64,000 bases of DNA. Source: Trueperaceae bacterium (GTDB lineage Bacteria > Deinococcota > Deinococci > Deinococcales > Trueperaceae). Positions 21,527 through 31,032 of the stretch are shown here, piece by piece (within the stretch, counting starts at the first letter, position 1; the number at the start of each line of letters is the position of its first letter). The notes below the pieces were generated by a model, which worked only from the letters and a program-made list of their open reading frames with translations, did no database searches and was not told where the DNA came from. Where the stretch lies: the NCBI GenBank assembly GCA_965213925.1, contig OZ243927.1:3392001-3456000 (forward strand). Reading direction: 5' to 3'. Position numbers and translations under genes: made by a program.

Positions 21527-21642
21527 TGGTGCATCCGGTTAATCTCGCGCACGCTTCGGAAGTGGCTTTCCGTATTGCCAGCGCAAACCACTGAGAAAAC
21601 ACCTTGCAGCGGACTTAAAAGATGCACCAACAGCGACCTAGA
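21521..21642 (+). repeat. ~120-bp inverted repeat, left copy (partner at 25346-25465)
   Basis: GCAGAATGGTGCATCCGGTTAATCTCGCGCAC...AAGATGCACCAA aligns with the reverse complement of 25346-25465. Confidence 0.85.
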
Positions 21643-21766
21643 AGTAGCACGTTGGAAAATTCAACGATTCGAACTCGTATCCTGCAAGGACCGTCCGCTT
21701 ATTCAAGGGGTGGGCAAGCCCCAATTGTATTCACCTCGTGGAGAAAGCAAAAAACTCGACCTCCGC

Positions 21767-23824
21767 TCAGTCTGAGACCGCCACCGGCGCCGACTCGGTG
21801 GGGCGGTAGCGTGCCACCATCCGCGACCAAATCAGGTTGCTCTGGATGCGCGCCTCCAGCACAGCGAGGTAACGCTCGAGCCCCTCATCCGCCGGGCCGA
21901 ACGAAGGTCGCTTCAGCCGCTCCTCGCGGAAGTCCGCGACAGCCTGGTGGTACATCTGCGCCGCCCGGCTCATGGACTCGGGAAGGGAGCCCCCATATTC
22001 TCTCTGTAGTGCGAGCACAAGGTTGTGAACGTCGTCGTGGTGCAGCTCTTTGTTTAGTGAAAAGAGGTCGTTCGCCCAGCACACCGCCTGGTCCGCGAGC
22101 AGATTCAGCCGGGTCACGGTTTGATGCTCGCGCACTTCCTGTGGCAACCAGACGCCGTCAGCGAGTTCGATAAAGGCGGCGTCGATCGAGAGGCCCCCGG
22201 TCACGGGATGCAGGATCAAGTAGCTCGCTAACTCGGGCGGGCTATTCCGAGTCCGGTTCGACGCTTCCCAGACCGTCGCCGCCATGAACGCTTTAACGGT
22301 CGCGCAGAAGCGGGCAAACCACTCGGGTGTGCCGTGCACACGCAGCCGCGCGCCCAGGTCGAAGAGGAGCTGCGCTACCGGTCCCTCGCGCTCGTCGGGC
22401 GGCGTCCCTGCCAGAACCGTAGTCAAGCGGGCGTTCATCCTTTGCAAACGTGCGGGATCGTGACCCACCTTGTCCTCGTCGCAGAGGTCGTCGTAAAAGA
22501 ACATCCACAAATACCAGTCGGCGATGAGTTGTTTGACCTCTTCGCTCGCCTCCCGGTGGATAGTGCTCGCAAGATAGCCGGGGCGGATCGCGGCGACGAG
22601 ACGGTAGAGGTCGCGCTTCGAGGCGATGTCGAAACGCGCCAGCCACCTTACCGCGCCTCGGTCGAGGTGTTCGCTCAGCTCGGCGTCGTAGACGTCGTCA
22701 ACATCGGGCAGTGACGTCAGTTCAGGCGGCGGTAGACGCTCGACATATTTCCTCGTAAACGCCTCGACGCGGTTGCGCCCACCCGCTTTGCTCGCGTAGA
22801 GGGCTTCGTCGGCGCGTCTGATTAACGTGTCCGGCGTGTCCCCTGCCTGACAACTTGCGACGCCGAAGCTGGCCGTAATCCCCCCTATCTCGAAGGGGTA
22901 GTCCGCCACTTGGCGGCGCAGGCGTTCGGCTAAGACGCTCGCGCCTTCAAGTCCGGTGTGAGGCGCGAGGACGAGAAACTCCTCGCCGCCCCAGCGTCCG
23001 AATAGGTCGGTGTCGCGCACGAACGTCGCTGCTAGGTCCGCGACTTTGATCAGCACCTTGTCCCCCGCCTCATGACCGTGAATATCGTTGACCTGTTTGA
23101 AACGGTCGATGTCGACGAGGATGAGCGAGAAGGGGTTACCGTAGCGCTCGCCCACCGCGAACGCTTGAGCGAGGGAAGACTCGAGGGCGCGCCGGTTCGG
23201 CTTGCCTGTCAGTACGTCGAGGTAGGCGAGTCGCTCCATCTGAGCGAGCTGCGTCTGTAACGCTGCGATCTTCGTGCGCGAGAAGGAATAGCTGTAGAGC
23301 ACCCCCGAGTAGAGGGCGTAACTGAGATAGAACTCGGTCAACCCGCTAGGCAGTACGCTCGGAACGCCCCCGGAGGCTGCGAAGGCAGCCGCGAGCCCCG
23401 CTACCAGTGCGAGCGCGTAAATCGACGCTGTGTAGCGCAGCGCCGAGCGTTGCTCGAATAGTATATAGGCCAGTATGAAGATAGTCGGCGACCAGACGTA
23501 GAGCTGGACGAGCTCCTGTTGGGCGCTCGCCTGAGCGTAACTCAGATAGACGCTGGTCGCGAACTTGCCGATAAAAACAGCCGCCAGCACGCTGTAGACG
23601 AAATTCTCGATGTAAAGAAGCGCGGGCTTGCGGAGGTGAACGGCGAGGCTCGCGGCGAGTAGCAGTGCCGCTAAAACGGGTAAGACCAGCGCGTCGAAGG
23701 CGGCAGGCTGCCCGTCCTGGTAATCAACCCAATAGGTCGCCGCGACCGCGACGCTCAGCAGGGGCAGAACGACACGGTAAATCTGGCGCTTGATCGTCTG
23801 GTGGGTGGGTGAGGTCGTGTCCAT
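21767..23824 (-). CDS. Membrane diguanylate cyclase (GGEEF) fused to a C-terminal class I terpene synthase domain
   Basis: About 6 N-terminal TM helices; DVLTGKPNRR, DIDRFKQVND.HGH..GD, RDTD-x5-GGEEF; then FFYDDLCDE (DDxxD), NDLFSLNKE (NSE/DTE), HNLV, WSRMVARY (WxxxxxRY) in one continuous frame. Confidence 0.9.
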   Translation of the reverse strand: MDTTSPTHQTIKRQIYRVVLPLLSVAVAATYWVDYQDGQPAAFDALVLPVLAALLLAASLAVHLRKPALLYIENFVYSVLAAVFIGKFATSVYLSYAQASAQQELVQLYVWSPTIFILAYILFEQRSALRYTASIYALALVAGLAAAFAASGGVPSVLPSGLTEFYLSYALYSGVLYSYSFSRTKIAALQTQLAQMERLAYLDVLTGKPNRRALESSLAQAFAVGERYGNPFSLILVDIDRFKQVNDIHGHEAGDKVLIKVADLAATFVRDTDLFGRWGGEEFLVLAPHTGLEGASVLAERLRRQVADYPFEIGGITASFGVASCQAGDTPDTLIRRADEALYASKAGGRNRVEAFTRKYVERLPPPELTSLPDVDDVYDAELSEHLDRGAVRWLARFDIASKRDLYRLVAAIRPGYLASTIHREASEEVKQLIADWYLWMFFYDDLCDEDKVGHDPARLQRMNARLTTVLAGTPPDEREGPVAQLLFDLGARLRVHGTPEWFARFCATVKAFMAATVWEASNRTRNSPPELASYLILHPVTGGLSIDAAFIELADGVWLPQEVREHQTVTRLNLLADQAVCWANDLFSLNKELHHDDVHNLVLALQREYGGSLPESMSRAAQMYHQAVADFREERLKRPSFGPADEGLERYLAVLEARIQSNLIWSRMVARYRPTESAPVAVSD

Positions 23825-23918
23825 CTAAGCTCACGCTATCAAGCAAGGATATCCGGGAGCGTTAAATTTTGCGCACCTTCACCTGCGGGTACATGGTAAA
23901 AGCGCGAGGGGAGGACGG

Positions 23919-25283
23919 ATGCTCAGCTCAAAACGACAAGGTAATGTGCAAGGGCCGGGGGGCGTTCGCGCACTCGGGGTACTGCCTCGACTGCTCAGAC
24001 ACGACATGCTCAGCGTGCTCGAAGAGGCTAGAGAAGGTTACGGCGACCTCTTCAAGCTCCGCGTTGGCCCCGCCTTGCTGGTCATCGCCAGCCACCCGGA
24101 GCACGCCCGGCACATCTTACAGACGGCGAGTGCAAACTACACTAAAGGGCGGGTCTACGAGCCCGGTCGCCGCTGGATGATCGGCGACGGACTCATCGCT
24201 AGCACGGGCGAGCACTGGCTTCGCCAGCGGCGCATGATGCAGCCACACTTCCACCGCCAGCAGTTGGCGGGTCTCACGACCCTGATGACGGACGCGATTG
24301 GTGAAGCACTGGCGAGTTGGGAGCCTCGAGAAGAGGGAGCGACGCTCCACCTCGACAAGGCGACTGCGCGGCTCTCCATCAAGGTCATCACGCGCACGCT
24401 CTTCGGCAGCGGAGCGTTGAGCGAGGCGGAGATGGACGAGGTCGGGGCGGCGTTTTTGACGTTGATGCGGCAACTCACCCCACGTCTCTTCCTCTACTTT
24501 TTGCCGGAACAGCTTCCGCTGCCCGGCGACCGAGCACTCCGCAGAGTGAGACGAACAGTTGACGCGGCGATCTATAAACTCATCGCGGAGCGGCGGCGTA
24601 CACCTGGCGGGAACGACCTGCTCGCCATGCTCATGGGCGCGGTAGATAGGGAAGGAGCGGGTGAAGGGGGTGGCATGAGCGACGCGCAGTTGCGCAACGA
24701 AGTCGCCACCCTGTTCATCGCCGGATATGACACCGTTTCGACGGGTCTGACCTGGACCTGGCACCTCCTCAGTGAGCATCCCAGGGTGTTGGCGCGTCTC
24801 GAGGAGGAGATTGAGACAGCGTTGGGAAAACGAACACCGACCTTCGCTGACTTGGGAGCGCTGCCCTACACGCGCAACGTGTTGCGGGAGAGCCTGCGCG
24901 TGCGTCCGCCCGTCGGTATGGTGCCCCGCACGCTCAAAGCGGACGATGAACTGGATGGGCACCTTCTGCGTAAAGGCACGACGGTGTGGCTCTATATCTA
25001 CGGCATTCATCACCACGTCGACTTCTGGGACGCCCCGGAGGACTTCGTACCGGAGCGCTTCGAGTCCGACCAGAAACACCGCTTCGCCTATCTCCCCTTT
25101 ATCGCCGGACCTCGGCAGTGTGTCGGCAACGAATTCGCCATGACGGAGATGGCGCTGGCGCTGGTGATGACCGTTCAGCGCTACGAGGTTACAACTCTGA
25201 ACGACCCGCCCGCACTACCGCTACTCACCACGGTGCTCAAGCCTCGGTACGGGGTGCAAGCGAGGGTTCGCTCGCGAGCGTGA
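23919..25283 (+). CDS. Cytochrome P450
   Basis: I-helix AGYDT, K-helix ESLR, PERF, heme motif PFIAGPRQCVG. Confidence 0.96.
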   Translation: MLSSKRQGNVQGPGGVRALGVLPRLLRHDMLSVLEEAREGYGDLFKLRVGPALLVIASHPEHARHILQTASANYTKGRVYEPGRRWMIGDGLIASTGEHWLRQRRMMQPHFHRQQLAGLTTLMTDAIGEALASWEPREEGATLHLDKATARLSIKVITRTLFGSGALSEAEMDEVGAAFLTLMRQLTPRLFLYFLPEQLPLPGDRALRRVRRTVDAAIYKLIAERRRTPGGNDLLAMLMGAVDREGAGEGGGMSDAQLRNEVATLFIAGYDTVSTGLTWTWHLLSEHPRVLARLEEEIETALGKRTPTFADLGALPYTRNVLRESLRVRPPVGMVPRTLKADDELDGHLLRKGTTVWLYIYGIHHHVDFWDAPEDFVPERFESDQKHRFAYLPFIAGPRQCVGNEFAMTEMALALVMTVQRYEVTTLNDPPALPLLTTVLKPRYGVQARVRSRA

Positions 25284-25345
25284 GATAGAGACCCATTCGC
25301 GTAGCGTTCAGCGATGCTCATGCAAAAACTCCGACTACGATGAAG

Positions 25346-25465
25346 CTAGACATTCTTGGTCCATCTTGAAAGTTCGTCGCAGAATGCCTATTCGACGCTC
25401 AGGGCTGATGACGTAGAAAGCTATTTTCAAAGTGTGCGCGAGATTTACCGGATGCACCATTCTGC
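25346..25465 (-). repeat. ~120-bp inverted repeat, right copy
   Basis: Reverse complement reads GCAGAATGGTGCATCCGGTAAATCTCGCGCAC...AAGATGGACCAA. Confidence 0.85.
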
Positions 25466-25491
25466 GGCGAACGCGCGCATTTCACGCAGAA
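25460..25491. repeat. 32-bp palindromic module-boundary repeat (A|B)
   Basis: TTCTGCGGCGAAC-GCGCGC-ATTTCACGCAGAA. Confidence 0.88.
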
Positions 25492-25509
25492 GCTCATGCC
25501 GAAGCCCTC

Positions 25510-26673
25510 TTAGTCTCGAGCCTCCGAACTCACCGCCCGCCCGACCTCGCGCGGCTGGAAGACCAGAACGCCCAGCATGAGCAGCGCACTCAGCCCAAAC
25601 AGGAGGGGCATTCCGAGCGCCGGGACGAGCGCCCCGAATACGGGCGGTCCCACCAACTGCCCCGCCGCGATGAGTAGAAAGGTTGCTCCTAGCCCGGTCG
25701 AGGGGCGCGAGCGGAACACGTTCACGCTCCAAACTGCCATGAGCCCGGTGATGAGAAAGAAGCCTGCCCCGAAGAGCGCAGCGGAGATGAAAGCTGGGGC
25801 GATACTCGAAGGGTTTAGCCCTAGCAGGGCTGTAGCGAGCGAGATGACGACCCCAGTAGCGGTGAAGAAGGTTCGCATCCCGAAGCGCGCGATCAGGTCG
25901 CCTGCTGCTACACCGACCATACCGGCTGCGCCGACGAGAACCCAGAAGAGCTGACCGACACTTGGAGGCAGCTGACCTACGGACACCAGCAGGTCGACTG
26001 CGAAGGTCCAGTAGACCGAGGCGACGAAGCCGAGCCCGAAAGCCGCCGCGAACAGGGGTCCAGAATGGGGGCAGACGAACCAGCTAAGACGTAATTTTGG
26101 CACGCTCACGGCCTCCACCGGTCTTGCCGGGAGCACCCACAAGTTCCATGCAGTCACGAGTAGGGCGAAGACAGCGAAGCATAACCACGCGGTGCGCCAA
26201 CTGCCGCTCAGAAAGAGCGCCACAGGTCCAGAGAGCAAGACGCCGAAGCTCGTGCCCGCGTTAATCCAGGAAAGCGCCCGGTCTTGCTCGCGCTCAGGCA
26301 CCTTCTGCGCCACCGCCTCGGGCATTGCCGGATAGACCCAACCCGAGCCGGTACCCGCCAGTAGCACGCCAACTGCCAAGACCCAGCCACTCGATGCGAG
26401 CGCGACCAGCCCCATGCCCAGGCAGGCGCAGAGTCCACCGATGAGGACGAGTAGCCTAGGCCCGGTGCGACTCGCCACGGCTGAGCTGACCGCTGTGGCG
26501 AGCAGGTAGCCCACGTACGAGCCGCTGGCGATAAGACCAAGCGTGGCAGGGCTCAGTCCTAAAGCCGCGCGGATATCAGGTAAGAACAGACCGTAGCTGT
26601 AGCGAGCCAGCCCGTAGGTGGCCGCGACGATCGCGACGCCCGCGTAGGTGAGTTGCTGCTGGGGGAGTTTCAT
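25510..26673 (-). CDS. MFS transporter (YbfB/YjiJ-like)
   Basis: About 12 TM helices, YGLARYSYGLFLP N-terminal motif. Confidence 0.88.
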   Translation of the reverse strand: MKLPQQQLTYAGVAIVAATYGLARYSYGLFLPDIRAALGLSPATLGLIASGSYVGYLLATAVSSAVASRTGPRLLVLIGGLCACLGMGLVALASSGWVLAVGVLLAGTGSGWVYPAMPEAVAQKVPEREQDRALSWINAGTSFGVLLSGPVALFLSGSWRTAWLCFAVFALLVTAWNLWVLPARPVEAVSVPKLRLSWFVCPHSGPLFAAAFGLGFVASVYWTFAVDLLVSVGQLPPSVGQLFWVLVGAAGMVGVAAGDLIARFGMRTFFTATGVVISLATALLGLNPSSIAPAFISAALFGAGFFLITGLMAVWSVNVFRSRPSTGLGATFLLIAAGQLVGPPVFGALVPALGMPLLFGLSALLMLGVLVFQPREVGRAVSSEARD

Positions 26674-26732
26674 GGCCTTATCTTCCCGCGGTAGGACTAA
26701 GGTGTCAATGAGGCTGCCGAGGGCGAACGGGT

Positions 26733-26764
26733 TTGTGCAATTGACGAGCGCGTCTCTCGCGGAA
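26733..26764. repeat. 32-bp module-boundary repeat (left arm diverged)
   Basis: TTGTGCAATTGAC-GAGCGC-GTCTCTCGCGGAA. Confidence 0.75.
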
Positions 26765-26777
26765 GATACGCTCCCAC

Positions 26778-27002
26778 TCAGTAGTTTGGACGCTTGACGA
26801 GCAGCTCGCTACGCCCCACAATCTCTGGCTCGTAAACCTGCTCACTTCAGTCCTCCTCTGCGACCGGCTCGAAAGCGATGAAGATTGCGCCCTCACCAAC
26901 CCCGAGCGACTGCTGCACGGCTGAGGTGATAGCCTCAGCGAACTCCTGCTTCTCCTGGTCAGAGAGCGGTTGCGGAAAGTGTTTGATGTTGATGTGGGGC
27001 AC
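26778..27002 (-). pseudogene. 4-oxalocrotonate tautomerase family (PptA-like) with internal TGA at codon 52
   Basis: AAGGAG RBS then GTG; MPHINIKHFP...FEPVAEED*SEQVYEPEI...LVKRPNY; catalytic Pro1 present; TGA at 26847-26849 falls where this subfamily usually has Trp. Confidence 0.8.
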
Positions 27003-27093
27003 AGTGTCTCCTTTGAGATGAGTCATTTATCGGTGAGCTTCCCCCGCGAATGAAATAGTGGAACTAGCTTCTCAATCCACTGAACTGCCCGCG

Positions 27094-28038
27094 CTACGCC
27101 GCCTCTCTGTTACCGAAGGTTAGAAAGCCTATTCCCAGCGCAATAAGAACACCTCCTATAGCCAGACCTTGCGGCATCGCCTCCCCAAGTAGGAGCACCG
27201 CGATAGGCACGCCGACCACCGCGCCGACCGAGCCGAGCAAGCTGAGATACACTGGTCCCCCGCGCTTCTGAAGTACGAAGAATAAGAGGAATTGGAGCGA
27301 AAAGGTCGCGACCTGAGCGAGGATGAGCAGGGCGGGCGCGGCGCGATCAAGGGGAACGGCGAGAGAGAAGCCTCCTGGGTTGCTGGGGATAACTCCTGCA
27401 AACACGCCAAAAACGAGAAGCATAAGCCCGGACACCGCGAGCATCCCAGGCGCGAGTTCGTCCGGAGCCGCACCCTCCGGCCAGCGCGCCGTCCGGTAGA
27501 TGTTGCCGACAGCGAGCAAAACCGGACCTAGCAGGGTCGCTGCGACCCAGAGCGGGTCTGCGTTCGGGTCGGAGAGCTTGAAGATAGCGAGCACAGCAGC
27601 ACCGCCTAAGGCGAGTACAACACCGGTCGCGCTGCGAAGTTGTAGACGCTCCATGCCGAGCAGCAGCGCCCCAAGGTAGGTAAAGAGCGGCGGGAAAGCG
27701 ATGGCGAGCGCCACGAAGCCAGCCCCGATGCGGGGCACGGCAGCGAAGAAAAGGAGATTAGGTACAGCGACGCTGATCAGCCCCGAGATGACGAAGTACT
27801 CGGTGGTGCGGCTGGTAAGTTGCGGAAGCCGGTGACGCGCTGCACCGACACCTACGAGCACGGCTGCGGCTCCGACCACCGACCAGGTGAGGAAGGCTAG
27901 CGGGTCGAGCCCAGACTGAGCAGCAAGTTTCGCGAGATTGGTCGAGACCCCGAGGAGTGCACCCGTGGCGAGCAGGAGAGCAAGCGGCATTAGCCATACG
28001 TAACGGGGCGGTGGTTTAGAAATTGAAATGTGAGACAT
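27094..28038 (-). CDS. DMT/EamA family transporter
   Basis: About 10 TM helices in two EamA repeats; GPVYLSLLG, LLLGE. Confidence 0.88.
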   Translation of the reverse strand: MSHISISKPPPRYVWLMPLALLLATGALLGVSTNLAKLAAQSGLDPLAFLTWSVVGAAAVLVGVGAARHRLPQLTSRTTEYFVISGLISVAVPNLLFFAAVPRIGAGFVALAIAFPPLFTYLGALLLGMERLQLRSATGVVLALGGAAVLAIFKLSDPNADPLWVAATLLGPVLLAVGNIYRTARWPEGAAPDELAPGMLAVSGLMLLVFGVFAGVIPSNPGGFSLAVPLDRAAPALLILAQVATFSLQFLLFFVLQKRGGPVYLSLLGSVGAVVGVPIAVLLLGEAMPQGLAIGGVLIALGIGFLTFGNREAA

Positions 28039-28077
28039 AGTGGTTCCTCTACAGACTCGGTGCAATACGCTTAGGGT

Positions 28078-28488
28078 TCACGGACGTAGCACGCCCACAG
28101 CTTCGATCTCCACGAGTTGACCTTCGTACGCCATCGGCGCAACAGGGATGATCGTGCAAGTCGGCTTCAGCCCTTCACCAAACGCCCTCTCGACTTCGGC
28201 GATGAGTGTGCGATGCTTGTCTTTATCATGCTCGGCGATAAGCACAGTGAGCTTCGCGATATCACCTAACCTGCCACCTGCCGCCTCCATTGCAATCTGT
28301 AGATTGGCGAGCACCTGCCGCACCTGTGTTTCAAAGTCGCTTTTGGGCGTGTTTCCGACCTGCCCCGCGACGAAAATCAACCGGGCACCTTCGGGCACCA
28401 CGGCAAGGTGCGAGTAGGCGTTGGCGGAGGGATCGTACAGCCCCTTAGGATTACTCAGCGTGAAGTTTCGGTCCTCTGCTTTGTCCAT
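28078..28488 (-). CDS. RidA/YjgF family protein
   Basis: YSH, FVAGQVG, LVEIEAVG. Confidence 0.88.
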   Translation of the reverse strand: MDKAEDRNFTLSNPKGLYDPSANAYSHLAVVPEGARLIFVAGQVGNTPKSDFETQVRQVLANLQIAMEAAGGRLGDIAKLTVLIAEHDKDKHRTLIAEVERAFGEGLKPTCTIIPVAPMAYEGQLVEIEAVGVLRP

Positions 28489-28509
28489 ATCTCTATCTCC
28501 CTAATCTCT

Positions 28510-29301
28510 CTACGACGTCGCCCGGTGCGCGCCGCCGTCCAGCGCTAGCGACTCGCCTGTCACGAATCCAGAAAGGCTCGAGGCGAAGAAGAGCACGGCT
28601 GAGGCTACGTCCTCTGGTTTAGCCAGCCGTCCCAGCGGCGTCGAGCCAACGAGAAAGTCACGCACGTCTTGCGGGCTTACGCCTTGTGCCTGGGCGAGCT
28701 TCTCCACCATCGCGCCTCCGAGCCCGGTGTCCGCCGCGTTCGGGTTGACGGCATTAACGAGGATGCTGTCACCCGCTAGCTCGTCCGCGGCGCTCTTGGT
28801 GAGTGCGAGCAGCCCGGCGTTGATGACGCTCGGGGCTGTGAGCAAGTGATACGGCTCATGTCCGGCGAGTCCGACGATGTTGACGATTCTGCCGCCCCCC
28901 TGCGCCCGCATCACCTTTGCGGCAGCTCGCATCATCCGCAGATAGCCGAGGAGTTTGAGGTCGAGGTCGGCCTGCCACGCCGCGTCGCTCAGGTTCATAA
29001 GCCCGCCGACCGTCGCGCCACCCGCGGCGTTGACTAAAATGTCGACACGCTCCCTTGCTTTGCTGGCTTTTTCAACTATGCGGTCGGGCTCTCCCTCCTT
29101 AGAAACATCTCCTTCGACTACAGTCGCTCGTTCCCCTAGCTCTTCAGCGAGCGGGCGCAATCTCTCCTGCTCGCGTCCGACTAAAACAACGTTCGCGCCA
29201 GCGTTGACCAAGGCTCGAGCCGACGCTCCACCGAAACCTCCTGACGCGCCGGTCACGAGCGCGACGTTTCCTTGCAAGTTGAATATGTCTTGAGCTTCCA
29301 T
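28510..29301 (-). CDS. Short-chain dehydrogenase/reductase
   Basis: TGASGGFG, VNAAG, PLGRLAKPED, DGG; the catalytic YxxxK is not canonical. Confidence 0.85.
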   Translation of the reverse strand: MEAQDIFNLQGNVALVTGASGGFGGASARALVNAGANVVLVGREQERLRPLAEELGERATVVEGDVSKEGEPDRIVEKASKARERVDILVNAAGGATVGGLMNLSDAAWQADLDLKLLGYLRMMRAAAKVMRAQGGGRIVNIVGLAGHEPYHLLTAPSVINAGLLALTKSAADELAGDSILVNAVNPNAADTGLGGAMVEKLAQAQGVSPQDVRDFLVGSTPLGRLAKPEDVASAVLFFASSLSGFVTGESLALDGGAHRATS

Positions 29302-29452
29302 AGCAATCTCCCTCTGCACTCACATCGCATAATGCTTAACACCAAACTACTTTGTAAATAGCTATATGTCAAGCTAATTTAGACAAAGTTATATAAAGAA
29401 TTAGTTAGCGAAAAGCTATGTGGTAAGTTTAGAAGAGCGGGTTAGGAGGTAA

Positions 29453-30022
29453 TTGTTGGCGGCAAGAAAGCAGGCTTTACCGCGAAAAAAGCGGGAAGTA
29501 GAGCAGGACGGGGTCGAGCTAATCTTAGAGCAGTGGGCGAGAGAACGTCCGGACTTGGACGCCTCGCCGATGGGCGTGATTGGGCGCATTTTCCGGCTTT
29601 CACACCTCTTCCAGCAAGCGGTGCAGGAGGTATTCTCCGACTATGGCTTGCACCGCGGCGAGTTCGATGTTCTCGCGACCTTGAGGCGCTCGGGGGAGCC
29701 CTACCGCCTTACCCCCACAGAGCTTTCGAACGCCTTGATGGTCTCCTCGGGAGGGATGACAAACCGGCTCGACCGTTTGGAGAAGGCGGGGTTAGTCGCC
29801 CGGCAGCCTGACCCTGGCGACCGCAGAGGAAGCTTGGTAGGGCTGACCGAGGAGGGGTTCAGTATAGTGGATGAGGCTGTGGCTGAGCACGTGGCAAACG
29901 AGCACCACCTGCTTGGTGTGCTCGAGGACAAAGAGCAGACAGAGCTCGCTGAGCTGCTTCGCAAGCTGCTGCTCTCGCTAGAGTCGCCCAAGCACCGGCC
30001 AAGCGTGAGGAAGAAGTCCTGA
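29453..30022 (+). CDS. MarR-family regulator (PecS/TamR-like)
   Basis: QWARERPDLD, EFDVLATLRRSG, DPGDRRG; divergent from the SDR operon. Confidence 0.92.
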   Translation: MLAARKQALPRKKREVEQDGVELILEQWARERPDLDASPMGVIGRIFRLSHLFQQAVQEVFSDYGLHRGEFDVLATLRRSGEPYRLTPTELSNALMVSSGGMTNRLDRLEKAGLVARQPDPGDRRGSLVGLTEEGFSIVDEAVAEHVANEHHLLGVLEDKEQTELAELLRKLLLSLESPKHRPSVRKKS

Positions 30023-30035
30023 TTTCACTATTATT

Positions 30036-30067
30036 TTGTGCGCGAGTAGCGCGCGTTCGCCGCACAA
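30036..30067. repeat. 32-bp palindromic module-boundary repeat (B|A)
   Basis: TTGTGCGCGAGTA-GCGCGC-GTTCGCCGCACAA. Confidence 0.9.
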
Positions 30068-30201
30068 ATCCGTCTTGTTGTGGAGCGTCAGGTCACCTGT
30101 TGGGTTCAGGCGCAGTGAGCACGACGGGTTACGTGACCTCCCACCTCCGCTCAACTTCTCACCCGAAGAACCTGGTCCGCCTTTCGGCACTAGGCGAGCC
30201 T

Positions 30202-30591
30202 TTACGCGACAGTCGCGCCGTGCTCGACGAGCAACGCTCTGAGCAGCCTACGATGACAATGCTCCCCGTCTTTGCAGTAGCACCCGACCGAGAAGCTCGT
30301 CGCTGACGAGAGTGCTGCAAGCAACGTCAGGACCCGAGCCGCCGACGGCTCTCGCATCTCGCGGCGGTACTTGCGCGTATACTCGGTCCACCGCTTGTCG
30401 GTGAACGGCTCTGACAGCGCCCACGAGACGAGCGGCGCACTCGGGGCGAGTTCGGGAAGCCAGACGTCATAGTAGTCGCGCCTGGCGAACTCTGATTTGG
30501 GCACACCGCGAGGGGGTCTGCGGACCGTGCCGATGCGGAGACCTTCAGCGGGATGCCGAGCTGTCCCAAGGCGCACAATTCGAATCGGCAT
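30202..30591 (-). CDS. DUF488 family protein
   Basis: RRPPRGVPK, WLPELAPS, CYC...CHR; AAAGGAG RBS before ATG 30591. Confidence 0.82.
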   Translation of the reverse strand: MPIRIVRLGTARHPAEGLRIGTVRRPPRGVPKSEFARRDYYDVWLPELAPSAPLVSWALSEPFTDKRWTEYTRKYRREMREPSAARVLTLLAALSSATSFSVGCYCKDGEHCHRRLLRALLVEHGATVA

Positions 30592-30646
30592 GTCGTTTCT
30601 CCTTTCGCACCGACGAGGCAAGCAGCGTAACGCCCTGGCGTTCACC

Positions 30647-30678
30647 TGCGGCGTGCGAAGCGCGCGTCCGCAACCTAA
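30647..30678. repeat. Degenerate module-boundary repeat
   Basis: TGCGGCGTGCGAA-GCGCGC-GTCCGCAACCTAA; the right arm resembles that at 36371. Confidence 0.45.
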
Positions 30679-31032
30679 AGAATGACGGTGGACATCCGCC
30701 AGGGCAGCGATACCGGTACCTTAGCGCCCGAATACGCAAATGTTTCACTTGACCTAGGTTGCTTAGACAACGCCTCACTGTACGGGTTCGTTCAAGTCCT
30801 GGAGCAACCCTTTATTGAGGCGGTAGAACGATCTGGGGTCTTGTTGGCATCTGTTTAGGAGGCCAGCAGACAACAATGGACCTCCTGCGGAAGCACCGTT
30901 TTTCTACCCGTTGTGCCTGCTCATACTCGGGAGGCTCCGCGTCACTTCGTTCCCACTAGCGACTGCGTGAACTGCTCAGCAAAAGTGGGAGGCAGGCTTT
31001 CTTCGGCCTTCCACTTCTGTAAGAAGCCTAAT

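Noticed and set aside
24117..25079. 320-aa antisense ORF over the P450, and similar antisense ORFs elsewhere
   Set aside because: Shadow frames typical of high-GC coding DNA, with no motifs or RBS.
21265..25580. Similar short ORFs at 21265-21630 (-) and 25356-25580 (+) as paralogous proteins
   Set aside because: The similarity is just the translation of the ~120-bp inverted repeat; both run into neighbouring genes and lack an RBS.
30700..31030. Possible gene remnant between DUF488 and VOC
   Set aside because: Short open stretches only; no recognisable family.
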